Assembly (NCBI GenBank): GCA_000025185.1
Contig: CP001848.1
Coordinates: forward strand, 5,670,001-5,702,000
Source: Pirellula staleyi DSM 6068
Lineage (GTDB): Bacteria > Planctomycetota > Planctomycetia > Pirellulales > Pirellulaceae
Reading direction: 5' to 3'
Length of the DNA: 32,000 nt
The position numbers were made by a program, and so were the translations under genes. This document shows, one piece after another, positions 16,967 through 25,625 of the stretch. The notes beneath the pieces are model-generated. The model ran no database searches. It saw nothing but the letters and a program-made list of their open reading frames with translations, and was not told the origin of the DNA. Positions within the stretch are counted from its first letter, which is position 1. Each line of letters opens with the position of its first letter.

Positions 16967-17791
16967 TTAGCCGCCCAAGAGGGGCGAAGTGGGAAGTGGA
17001 AAGCTTGGGGCAAAGCCGAGGGGCAAAGCGACCCCGGTGATCCAGCGTGCATCATCGGAAGCGAGAAACGCCACCGCTGCAGCCACATCGCGAGGCAGTC
17101 CCATTCCCAGCGGATGGCAAGCTTCGATCTGACGCCAAACTTCGGGCGTGAGTCGCTCGCTATGTTTGTGCACCATCGGCGTGTGAACCATGCCGGGAGC
17201 CACCGCCACCACACGCATCTTTTTAGGTGCTAGTTCCCAGGCAAGCGATTGCGTGAAGCCAATCAAGCCCGCTTTGCTGGCGCTATAGACCGAGAAGCCA
17301 TTACAGCCCCCTAGCGCAAGCGCCGAAGCGATGTTGACGATCACCCCTCCGGGCTCGGTTAGCAGCGGCAACACAGCGCGACTCATCGAGATGGCGCCGA
17401 TCAAATTCACATCAATCAATTCGCGAAAACTGGCTTCTTCGTGATTCTCGAGCTGGGCCGCGAATTCAACACCGGCGTTGTTCACCAGAATATCGATCTT
17501 GCCAAACTCGCTCATGCATTCGTCGATCACACGGCGCACGTCAGCAGCCTGGCAAACATCGCCAGCGGTGTAGACCGCCCCTTCGCCGAGGCGCGACAGT
17601 TGCTTCATCAGCCGCGCTGGTTCTTCGCGCGAGATGATCGCGACCGAAGCACCTTCGCTGGCCATTTGCAGGGCGATAGCGCCACCAATGCCACGATCAC
17701 TGCCGCCAGTGATCAAGGCTACTTTTCCTTCGAATCGTCGCGTGGCAGGGGCTCGCTCGTGACTCGTCAGAGGCTCAGTTTCGAACTCCAT
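16967..17791 (-). CDS. short-chain dehydrogenase/reductase (SDR)
   Basis: 274 aa. Cofactor motif KVALITGGSDRGIGGAIA, NNAG motif (VNNAGV) and catalytic YSASKAG (YxxxK). GAGGA Shine-Dalgarno 5 nt upstream of the ATG on the minus strand. Confidence 0.9.
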   Translation of the reverse strand: MEFETEPLTSHERAPATRRFEGKVALITGGSDRGIGGAIALQMASEGASVAIISREEPARLMKQLSRLGEGAVYTAGDVCQAADVRRVIDECMSEFGKIDILVNNAGVEFAAQLENHEEASFRELIDVNLIGAISMSRAVLPLLTEPGGVIVNIASALALGGCNGFSVYSASKAGLIGFTQSLAWELAPKKMRVVAVAPGMVHTPMVHKHSERLTPEVWRQIEACHPLGMGLPRDVAAAVAFLASDDARWITGVALPLGFAPSFPLPTSPLLGG

Positions 17792-18209
17792 CAGATCCTC
17801 AGGAGACGCAGGGTCAAAAACTTCGCTGCATCCAAGCAGCTACTGTAATAGCACGTCGAGCACGCTGGATATTCGGCTCGACCAGCGACGCGCTCCAAGC
17901 TGTCCCTTTCCACCGCAAGGACAGCGGTCGCGCTGCTGAATGATGAACAAGTCCACAGAAGCTCTGTGTATTCTCTCGGGGAACCGGAGCAGCGTCAATT
18001 GACGCGCCGGAGCGATTTCACGGCGATTTTTCATCTTCGAACGAAAGGGGCGCGGCAAACTCAGCCTCGACTACCCCGTCGTACCGCTAGGCGGGGGAGG
18101 AGTCGAGCTGGCCATACTTCTGCGCCATGGGGACTAGCGTTATGCTGCTCGCTAGAGGCGGCTCTTGTACTACAACCGCCCGACTCACCACCTCTTTGAG
18201 TTGTTTCCT

Positions 18210-18953
18210 ATGTCGCGCCGCGTCGTTGTCCACCTGCTCCCCTCGCAGGCCACCACCCCCATCACCGCCGGCAAAACGGTCGCCGTGATCGACGTCCTGC
18301 GAGCTACCACCACGATCGTCACCGCCATGGCCGCTGGTGCCGCACGGGTCGTTCCGCTGCTCGAAGTCGACGAGGCCCGCGCGCGTGCTGCTGCGATTGG
18401 CGAGTCGGCTCTCCTGGGGGGCGAACGGCATGGCAAACGGATCGATGGCTTTCACTTCGGCAACAGCCCGGCGGAGTACACTCGCGATAAACTGGCCGGA
18501 AAAACGCTCGTTTTCACCACCACCAACGGCACCCGCGCTATGCTGGCGGCACGTCAGGCACGCGAGATTTACGTCGCCTCGTTCGTGAATTTTTCGGCCA
18601 TTTGCCGCGAACTCGCCGAGCGCGAAGAAGTCCATATCCTGTGCGCTGGAACCGACGGCGAAGTGACCCGCGAAGATACGCTTCTCGCCGGCGCCATCGC
18701 TGACGATGCAGTAGCCAGCGATCCGGCGACGCAGCTGAACGACGAAGCAGAGATCGCCGCCGATGCCTGGCGAGCCGCTGTCACGAACCTCTCGGGGCGA
18801 GTAGCCCTGGCTCAAGCGATGCGTCAAAGTCGGGGCGGTCGCAACCTGATCGAAATCGGACACGAGCACGACATCGATTTGGCCGCTGAGATTGACCGCT
18901 TCGATCTCACCCCACGTCTCGACGTCGCGAAGTGGGAAATCGTGCTCCCGTAG
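18210..18953 (+). CDS. 2-phosphosulfolactate phosphatase (ComB) family protein
   Basis: 247 aa from ATG 18210. Family-typical VAVIDVLRATTTIVTAMAAGAARVVPL and ...LVFTTTNGTRAM.... The ORF-track start at 18165 is a TTG and is less likely. Confidence 0.7.
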   Translation: MSRRVVVHLLPSQATTPITAGKTVAVIDVLRATTTIVTAMAAGAARVVPLLEVDEARARAAAIGESALLGGERHGKRIDGFHFGNSPAEYTRDKLAGKTLVFTTTNGTRAMLAARQAREIYVASFVNFSAICRELAEREEVHILCAGTDGEVTREDTLLAGAIADDAVASDPATQLNDEAEIAADAWRAAVTNLSGRVALAQAMRQSRGGRNLIEIGHEHDIDLAAEIDRFDLTPRLDVAKWEIVLP

Positions 18954-19092
18954 ACCAAACCTCGGCCCGACTGCTATTCTCATAGGTTTACGAAGTCCCT
19001 CCCCTGCCGCCCCCTCACAAGCGTAGGCCAGGTAAGGGCTTCGAGCGATCCTTTTCAGCAAGCAGAGTTTCAGGAAGTTGTGAGTAACTGCC

Positions 19093-20706
19093 ATGGATAT
19101 GGACAAACTGGTTTCGCTGTGCAAACGACGTGGTTTTCTGTTTCAGTCGAGCGAAATCTACGGCGGCCTCAACGGCTTTTGGGACTACGGTCCTCTGGGT
19201 GTCGAGCTCAAGCGGAACATTAAAGACGCCTGGTGGCGCGATATGGTGACCGGTCACGACGAACTGAGCACCCCTGCTGGTGCCCCTGCTCCGTACGAAA
19301 TGACGGGCCTCGACTGCACGATCATCATGCATCCGCAGGTCTGGAAAGTTTCGGGCCACTTCGATCTGTTCCACGACTTCATGGTCGATTGCCGCGAGAG
19401 CAAAAAACGATATCGCTACGATCAGGTGCGCGGTCGCTGGGTCACCTATCGCGAGCAAACGATTTTTGTCGCCACGAATGTCGAAGTCGATAAAGAACAA
19501 GAGGACGTACAAACTCGCGCGCTGAAGTTTTTCAAACTGCGCAATAAAGACGCGGAAGAAATCACCTGGACCAGCGAATTCGTGAGCCTCACGACGCTCG
19601 GCAACGACTTCACCAAAGTCCTCGCCCCCGATGCCAAAGAGCTCGGCACCTTGCTTGAGCCGCGTGAATTCAACCTGATGTTCAAAACGATCGTCGGCGC
19701 GCTCGGCACAGCCGAAGATGCCGCGTTTTTGCGTCCCGAAACGGCTCAGGGCATTTTCGTGAACTTCAAAAACGTGTGCGACAGCACCCGCGTTCGTGTT
19801 CCGTTTGGTATCGCGCAGGTCGGCAAAAGTTTTCGTAACGAGATCACGCCGAAGAACTTCACCTTCCGCTCGCGCGAGTTCGAGCAGATGGAAATCGAGT
19901 TCTTCTGTCACCCGAGCACTTCGCGCGAGTGGTATCAGTACTGGCGCGATCGCCGAATGAAGTGGTATACCGACATGGGTCTCTCGACCGAGCGACTGCA
20001 GCTCCGCGAGCATCATGTCGAAGAGCTGTCACACTATTCGTGCGGAACCGCCGACATTGAATATGCGTTCCCCTTCCTCCCCGCTGGCGAGTATGGCGAA
20101 CTCGAAGGGATTGCCCATCGTGGCGACTTCGATCTCCGCAGCCATATGGAAGGAAAGCTCGACCCCAACAGCAAACCTGATCTCAAGGTGGAACTGGGAC
20201 CGGATGGCAAACCGAAGCATCGTGGCAGCGGCAAGGACTTGACCTACCGCGATGATTTAACGAACGAACGTTTCACGCCGCACGTCATCGAACCGTCAGC
20301 TGGTGCCGATCGTGCGACGCTTGCCTTCCTGTGCGAAGCCTATCACGAAGATCAAGCGCCCGACGAAAACGGCGTGATGCAAACGCGTGTGGTCATGAAA
20401 CTCCATCCGCGCATTGCGCCCATCAAAGCGGCTGTCTTCCCACTCGTGAAGAAAGATGGCATGCCCGAGAAAGCGCAAGAGATCTATCGCGCTCTGAAGA
20501 AACGCTACAACGTGTTCTACGACGAAAAAGGTGCGGTCGGTCGTCGCTATCGTCGCCAAGACGAAGCGGGCACACCGTTCTGCATCACCGTCGATGGTCA
20601 GTCGCTTATTGACAACACCGTAACCATTCGCGATCGCGACACACTCGAGCAGAAACGTATTTCAGCTGATGCCGTGCTCGCCGAAATCGAAACTCGAATC
20701 GGTTAG
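19093..20706 (+). CDS. glyQS: glycine--tRNA ligase (homodimeric class II type)
   Basis: 537 aa. N-terminus MDKLVSLCKRRGFLFQSSEIYGGLNGFWDYGPLGVELKRNIKDAWW. Class II motifs (FRNEITPKNFTFRSREFEQMEIEFF; IEPSAGADRATLAFL). C-terminal anticodon-binding region. Confidence 0.95.
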   Translation: MDMDKLVSLCKRRGFLFQSSEIYGGLNGFWDYGPLGVELKRNIKDAWWRDMVTGHDELSTPAGAPAPYEMTGLDCTIIMHPQVWKVSGHFDLFHDFMVDCRESKKRYRYDQVRGRWVTYREQTIFVATNVEVDKEQEDVQTRALKFFKLRNKDAEEITWTSEFVSLTTLGNDFTKVLAPDAKELGTLLEPREFNLMFKTIVGALGTAEDAAFLRPETAQGIFVNFKNVCDSTRVRVPFGIAQVGKSFRNEITPKNFTFRSREFEQMEIEFFCHPSTSREWYQYWRDRRMKWYTDMGLSTERLQLREHHVEELSHYSCGTADIEYAFPFLPAGEYGELEGIAHRGDFDLRSHMEGKLDPNSKPDLKVELGPDGKPKHRGSGKDLTYRDDLTNERFTPHVIEPSAGADRATLAFLCEAYHEDQAPDENGVMQTRVVMKLHPRIAPIKAAVFPLVKKDGMPEKAQEIYRALKKRYNVFYDEKGAVGRRYRRQDEAGTPFCITVDGQSLIDNTVTIRDRDTLEQKRISADAVLAEIETRIG

Positions 20707-20787
20707 TTTTTCCCGCTCGCTCATTGAAAACCTAAACGGGGTGGCACTGCTGGCTTGCCCAGCGGTGTGCCCAGTGATGACCGAAAC

Positions 20788-21606
20788 ATGATTCCCACCG
20801 TCAGCCAAGTTTGCTCGCTTCATTCGCCCCTCGAGAAGGATCTCGAAGATTTCTCGGCGGGGCATTGCCGCAGCATCGAAATTTGGCTGACGAAGCTCGA
20901 GAACTATGTCGCGGCTAACTCGGTCGAGAAGTTCCGCGACTTGTGCGCGGAACTCGAAGTCACTACGCCGGTTGCCAGTTTTCATGGTGGACTGCTGGAG
21001 AGCCAAGGGGAGCGTCGCAAAGAGGCTTGGGATCATTTCAAGCGTCGCCTCGATCTCTGCGGCCTGGCAAAAATCCCCACCATCGTGGTCGCCTGCGATG
21101 TCGCCGCGCCACTTTCGGAGCAGGTGCTCGAGCGGGTGCAAGTCTCGCTGCAGCAACTCGCCACCGAAGTTGGCCTGCGTGGCCTGCGAGCCGCTCTTGA
21201 GTTTCAAGCCACCTCGGCGATTGGCAACAATTTGCAAACAGCCGTGGCACTCGTCACCGATGTTGGGAGCCCGCATTTGGGGGTTTGTCTCGATGCCTAT
21301 CACTACCATGTCGGGCCGAGTAAACCGGAAGACCTGGGCTATTTGACCAAGGACAATCTGCTGCACGTGCAGGTGTGCGATGTGGCCGATGTGGCCCGCG
21401 AACTGGCTTCCGACAGCATGCGGATTCTGCCCGGTGAAGGGGAAATTGCCCTCCCGGCGATCATCGATCGGCTGAAGCAGATTGGCTACACCGGCTGTGT
21501 GTCGCTCGAGCTAATGAATCCGCAGCTGTGGCAAGTTCCGCCGCGTCAAATGGGCGAAATTGGGATCACCAGCGTCCGAAAACTCCTCGGCCAGAACACG
21601 ATGTAA
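20788..21606 (+). CDS. sugar phosphate isomerase/epimerase (xylose-isomerase-like TIM barrel)
   Basis: TIM-barrel family pattern: LEFQATS..., GVCLDAYHYHVG, LLHVQVCD, GYTGCVSLELMNP. Start is uncertain: ATG 20788, or in-frame GTG 20767 or TTG 20755. Confidence 0.7.
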   Translation: MIPTVSQVCSLHSPLEKDLEDFSAGHCRSIEIWLTKLENYVAANSVEKFRDLCAELEVTTPVASFHGGLLESQGERRKEAWDHFKRRLDLCGLAKIPTIVVACDVAAPLSEQVLERVQVSLQQLATEVGLRGLRAALEFQATSAIGNNLQTAVALVTDVGSPHLGVCLDAYHYHVGPSKPEDLGYLTKDNLLHVQVCDVADVARELASDSMRILPGEGEIALPAIIDRLKQIGYTGCVSLELMNPQLWQVPPRQMGEIGITSVRKLLGQNTM

Positions 21607-21869
21607 CCCCCGAGTCCCCATGATTTCTGGGCTCTCAGCCGCACAAGCCGTCGCCAGGTAAGTAAGGGGAAAAATCTTTCCCTGGGGATGAACTTCATCT
21701 GGTCGCGCTGGCACTCTATCAAGCATAATTGTGAAGTTCGGGAATCTGGCCCGTTTTGGCTGCCAGTCCCCTCCTCGATCACCCGCCAGAAGAGTTACGA
21801 AGGTCTCCCCTTCACTTGGCTCTTCCAGCCCGTCCCTGGGTTTGCCCTCGAAGCGTGGAAGCACCTGCC

Positions 21870-22946
21870 ATGAGTTTATCGCGACGCCATTTTCTCTCCG
21901 CCGCTGCTGCTGGCACTCTGGCCGCACCGCTGCTCGCGCCTCGCGCGGCCCATGCTCAGGCGGAGGTAGACGAGGCCCGTTCGATCGACGTCATCACCCC
22001 CGACACGCAAAAAGCAATCGACCGTGGACTCGCCTGGCTCTCGAAGCGACAAATCCTCTCGGGTCGCAACAAAGGCGCTTATGGCCACGGTGGCTATGCC
22101 GGCGGCGTCGCCGTTTCGAGCCTCTCGGGACTCGCCTTCATGTGCAGCGGCAATCCACCGGGACAAGGTCCCTACGGAAAGTCGATCGATCGCAGCGTCG
22201 AGTTCATCACCAGCTGCGTGCAAGATAGTGGCTACATTTCGGTTCCCGGTTTTGGCCAGGACAACATGTATGGTCACGGTTTCGCCACGCTCTTCCTTTC
22301 CGAAGTCTACGGAATGAGCGATCGCAGCGACATCGATACCACGGTGGGGGAGAAACTCCGCAAGGCGGTGAAGCTCACCATCAGCTGTCAAAACGATCAA
22401 GGTGGCTGGCGCTATCAGCCGCAGAAGAGCGACGCCGATCTTTCGATCACCATCTGCAACATCATGGGTCTGCGTGCCGCCCGCGATGCTGGCATTCATG
22501 TTCCGGAAGAGGTCCGCGACAAGTGCATCGACTACGTGAAGAAGAGCCAGAACGGCGATGGTGGCTTCCGCTATCAAATCACTTCCGGGGGTGGCAGCAC
22601 GTTTCCGCTCACCGCCGCAGGTGTTGTTTCGCTCTATAGCGCGGGGATCTACGACGGCGATCAAGTCGAAAAAGCGCTCGCCTGGCTGATGAAGTACATG
22701 CCCGGTAGTGGCTCGGGCAACACCGGCTACTTCTTCTATGGCCACTACTATGCCGTGCAAGCGATGTGGCACGCCGGTGGATCGCACTGGCAAAAATGGT
22801 ATCCCGCCATTCGCGATCTGCTGCTGAAGCGTCAATCGGGCGATGGCTCGTGGAGCGACAGCGAGGTCTGCAGCGAGTTCGGCACCGCCATGGCCTGCAT
22901 CATCCTGCAGATGCCCAACAACTATCTCCCCATCTTCGCGCCGTAA
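21870..22946 (+). CDS. Tat-signal prenyltransferase/squalene-oxidase-repeat (alpha-alpha toroid) protein
   Basis: 358 aa from ATG 21870. Twin-arginine signal MSLSRRHFLSAAAAGTLAAPLLAPRAAHAQ. Three QW-like repeats: QNDQGGWRYQ, QNGDGGFRYQ and QSGDGSWSD. Confidence 0.7.
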   Translation: MSLSRRHFLSAAAAGTLAAPLLAPRAAHAQAEVDEARSIDVITPDTQKAIDRGLAWLSKRQILSGRNKGAYGHGGYAGGVAVSSLSGLAFMCSGNPPGQGPYGKSIDRSVEFITSCVQDSGYISVPGFGQDNMYGHGFATLFLSEVYGMSDRSDIDTTVGEKLRKAVKLTISCQNDQGGWRYQPQKSDADLSITICNIMGLRAARDAGIHVPEEVRDKCIDYVKKSQNGDGGFRYQITSGGGSTFPLTAAGVVSLYSAGIYDGDQVEKALAWLMKYMPGSGSGNTGYFFYGHYYAVQAMWHAGGSHWQKWYPAIRDLLLKRQSGDGSWSDSEVCSEFGTAMACIILQMPNNYLPIFAP

Positions 22947-22960
22947 AGAGAAGTTAGGCG

Positions 22961-23161
22961 ATGACTCCCAAAACGGTCGAGCTCAACGAAGCACAGCTAG
23001 CGCAGATTATCGATCGGGCGCGCTCTCAACCCGAGCCTGCTCTCGAGATTGCTCGCGCGATCATCGAGCAAGACGAGCAACATCGCGAACAAGAGTTCCA
23101 AAACGCCACCACCTATTTGCTCGAAAAGAATCGCGAGCTCTACAGACGGCTGAGCCAATGA
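22961..23161 (+). CDS. small charged helical hypothetical protein (66 aa)
   Basis: ATG 14 nt after the previous stop. Its composition (MTPKTVELNEAQLAQIIDRARSQPEPALEIARAIIEQDEQHREQEFQNATTYLLEKNRELYRRLSQ) looks protein-like, unlike the overlapping Arg/Ser-rich 166-aa ORF. No family recognised. Confidence 0.35.
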   Translation: MTPKTVELNEAQLAQIIDRARSQPEPALEIARAIIEQDEQHREQEFQNATTYLLEKNRELYRRLSQ

Positions 23162-23379
23162 GGTTCCTCACCGTAAACGGAGTGACTTCGAATCGAAAAG
23201 TTCCTTCGAGTAGCCCCCCGACTTCTGATCGGTTTCTGTCACAGGGCTGGCTGGCACCGCTAGCGATCGACCTTGCGCCGCAAGCGATTGGCGAAAATCT
23301 CCCTAGACGCCAAATTCGTTCATTGCTACAAGTCCCCCGCTGATGAACTAGAGTCCAACTGCGGCGGGCTTGCGCGCGT

Positions 23380-24861
23380 ATGCGAATGATTAGTATTCTT
23401 TCCTCGAGACAGTCTCGCGATTGGGGCCTGGGTGCGCTTGCACTAAGTGCTGTTTGGAGTGTGATGGCGCTCGCGCAAGAGTCGTCTCCCAGCCTCTTCA
23501 CACCTCCTTACCCAGCTACCGAAGAGGCCATCGCCTCCCCTTCCGACGCGGTGGTGAGCGACTTGCCGTGGGAGTCCGCCACACAGCCTGCTGCGCCGGC
23601 TTCGTATGAAGCCTTGGCTGAGGACGATGCCTCGCTGGCCGATCGACTGAAAGCGGTGGAGGCAGAGCTCAAAAAACTACGCGAAGCGGAAGCGAAGAAA
23701 AAAGAAGACGCCGCCAAGAAGCCTACGATGACTCTTGGTGGACAGTTGCAAGCCGACGCGATTTGGTTTGGCCAGGACCAAGCCAACATGAATGCTGTCG
23801 GAGACCTCGAAGATGGCTGGGCGTTCCGGCGTGCTCGCATCGTCTCGCGCGGTGAAGCATTCGATGTGGTCGAGTATCAATGCGGCTTCGATTTCGCGCT
23901 TTCGGGTCGTCCCAGCTTTCTCGACGTTTGGGTGGGACTGAAAGATCTGCCCCATCTCGATTCGCTGCGCGTGGGACATTTCTTCGAGCCCTTCAGCTTG
24001 GAGCGACTCACCCAGAATCGCTACAACACATTCCTCGAGCGATCGGTGGCCGATAGCTTTGCCCCCGCGCGCAATCTAGGGCTGATGGGAAGCCGGGCGA
24101 TTTTCGAAGAACACGTGACACTCGCCGCAGGTGTGTTCCGCAGCGACAGCGACGTGCTGGGAGACGACACCGGCGACGATGGCGAACAAGCGGCAACTGC
24201 CCGCGCAACGTGGCTGTCACACTACGACGAAGCGTCGGGAGGAGCGAGCTACGTCCACTGGGGACTCGCCTATAGCTATCGCGATACCGACGAAGGGCGC
24301 GTTCAGTTTCAAGCGAGGCCGGAAGTTTCGCTCAACGCGCTCGGCGAAGGGACGGTTCCCAGTTTCGTGAACACTGGTTTCATACCGGCCGATCACTACC
24401 AACTCTTCGGGATGGAATTTGCCTGGATTCAGGGCCCTTTTTCAGTCCAGAGCGAAGTGATGCTCGTTCCGGTCGACCGCCTCGCGGGGGACGATGTGAC
24501 GTTCGAAGCGGCCTATATCTACGGCAGCTATTTCCTCACCGGCGAGCATCGTCCGTATATTCGCAAAGTCGGCTTCATGGACCGCGTGATGCCGTTTGAA
24601 AACTTTTTTCATGTCAAAACGGAAGAGGGAACGATCGAGACCGGCAAGGGAGCGTGGGAAATTGCCGCGCGGCTGTCGTACATCGATCTCGACGACGACA
24701 ACATCGCCGGTGGCGAACTCACCGACTTCACGCTCGCACTCAACTGGTACCTCAATCCCTACACCCGCGTGAAATGGGAATACATTCACGCTCATCTCGA
24801 TCGCAATTCGGTCGAGAGTAACGCTCAGATTGCGGGCATGCGATTTGACATCGACTTCTAG
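23380..24861 (+). CDS. outer-membrane porin, phosphate-selective porin O/P-like
   Basis: 493 aa. Signal peptide (...ALSAVWSVMALAQE). Coiled-coil LADRLKAVEAELKKLREAEAKKKEDAAKK. Then a Porin_O_P-like start MTLGGQLQADAIWFGQDQ...WAFRRARI and a beta-barrel C-terminus ending GMRFDIDF. Confidence 0.75.
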   Translation: MRMISILSSRQSRDWGLGALALSAVWSVMALAQESSPSLFTPPYPATEEAIASPSDAVVSDLPWESATQPAAPASYEALAEDDASLADRLKAVEAELKKLREAEAKKKEDAAKKPTMTLGGQLQADAIWFGQDQANMNAVGDLEDGWAFRRARIVSRGEAFDVVEYQCGFDFALSGRPSFLDVWVGLKDLPHLDSLRVGHFFEPFSLERLTQNRYNTFLERSVADSFAPARNLGLMGSRAIFEEHVTLAAGVFRSDSDVLGDDTGDDGEQAATARATWLSHYDEASGGASYVHWGLAYSYRDTDEGRVQFQARPEVSLNALGEGTVPSFVNTGFIPADHYQLFGMEFAWIQGPFSVQSEVMLVPVDRLAGDDVTFEAAYIYGSYFLTGEHRPYIRKVGFMDRVMPFENFFHVKTEEGTIETGKGAWEIAARLSYIDLDDDNIAGGELTDFTLALNWYLNPYTRVKWEYIHAHLDRNSVESNAQIAGMRFDIDF

Positions 24862-24906
24862 GGCCATAGTCCCATGGAAGTGCGCGGTGATGAGCGAGCA
24901 GGATTT

Positions 24907-25482
24907 CTATTCGCTAGATTTCGGATGATCCTCTGTCGTCAACTGAAACGATTCGACGTGCCAAGCGACCTCGACCGTGGAACCGAACTGAATGCGGCGA
25001 TAGGTGATGGGGTAGCTGTATTCGGGATGAAATTCGGCCCGCAACAGCAGACGCGGTGTGCCGGGCTTGGCTTTTCCTTCGCGCCAAGCAAGATCGTTTT
25101 CGACATCGCGCGCGATCGTGCTGAGCATGCCGCCGATGCTCCACGTTTCAAATGTTCGTCGCTGCAAGAGTGGCTCGCCGTTGCGCTGGGCCGCAACTGC
25201 TTTTCCGTCGCGGACATCGACTTCATACACCCCTTCTTGGGTCCCCGTGACACGAATTCGAATGCTGTAGTTCTCGATCGGATGCGCGCGCCAATGCTCC
25301 CAAGCTGCATCGAAAGCAGCGGGAGTGAGAACCGGCGTAGGGTCCGCTGTTAGCCATCGCAGGACGATGATGGTAGTGATCGTTCCCATGGCGATTCCGG
25401 CAAGCAGCGTGAGCAAGATCGAGCGTCGCCGCGCCGTGGCAGCTGAAGAAGATTTCTGGACCGGTTCGGCGGGAGCGTTCAT
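24907..25482 (-). CDS. membrane-anchored hypothetical protein
   Basis: 191 aa from ATG 25482 (MNAPAEPVQKSSSAATARRRSILLTLLAGIAMGTITTIIVLRWL...). One N-terminal TM helix followed by a ~140-aa soluble domain. No family recognised. The 48 upstream codons in the ORF-track entry would run into the pyk promoter region. Confidence 0.55.
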   Translation of the reverse strand: MNAPAEPVQKSSSAATARRRSILLTLLAGIAMGTITTIIVLRWLTADPTPVLTPAAFDAAWEHWRAHPIENYSIRIRVTGTQEGVYEVDVRDGKAVAAQRNGEPLLQRRTFETWSIGGMLSTIARDVENDLAWREGKAKPGTPRLLLRAEFHPEYSYPITYRRIQFGSTVEVAWHVESFQLTTEDHPKSSE

Positions 25483-25625
25483 GAAGTTTGCCTTACAATG
25501 GGACTCGTCAGCAGTGCGACGCTCCACTAGAAATAGGGCCAGTATATCGACCGGTCCTTCGCATGACGCGGGGTGCGGCTGGTCGGCAAGCGTTTGCGAC
25601 ACCACGAGCGAGGGAACCTGAAGCA

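Noticed and set aside
17949-17960. aagtccacagaa, reminiscent of conserved RNase P RNA regions (GAAAGUCC / ACAGAA)
   Set aside because: The flanking sequence lacks the GUCCGGGC continuation and the other conserved regions. The fragment is too short to mean anything.
17840-18058. 72-aa minus-strand ORF in the SDR/ComB spacer
   Set aside because: It has an Arg/Cys/Pro-rich composition, no ribosome-binding site and no recognisable motif, so it is treated as non-coding.
19015-20016. 333-aa minus-strand ORF antisense to glyQS
   Set aside because: Shadow ORF opposite an unmistakable glycyl-tRNA synthetase.
21876-22835. 319-aa minus-strand ORF antisense to the Tat-signal toroid gene
   Set aside because: Shadow ORF. 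The plus-strand frame carries the Tat signal and QW repeats.
23252-23266. TGGCAC at 23252 upstream of the porin as a sigma-54 -24 element
   Set aside because: The -12 position (5 nt downstream) reads GCGA rather than TTGC, so the bipartite consensus is not met.
22843-23343. 166-aa plus-strand ORF overlapping the end of the toroid gene and the 66-aa ORF
   Set aside because: Its Arg/Ser/Ala/Pro-rich composition is typical of an off-frame reading, and it overlaps a supported gene by about 100 nt.
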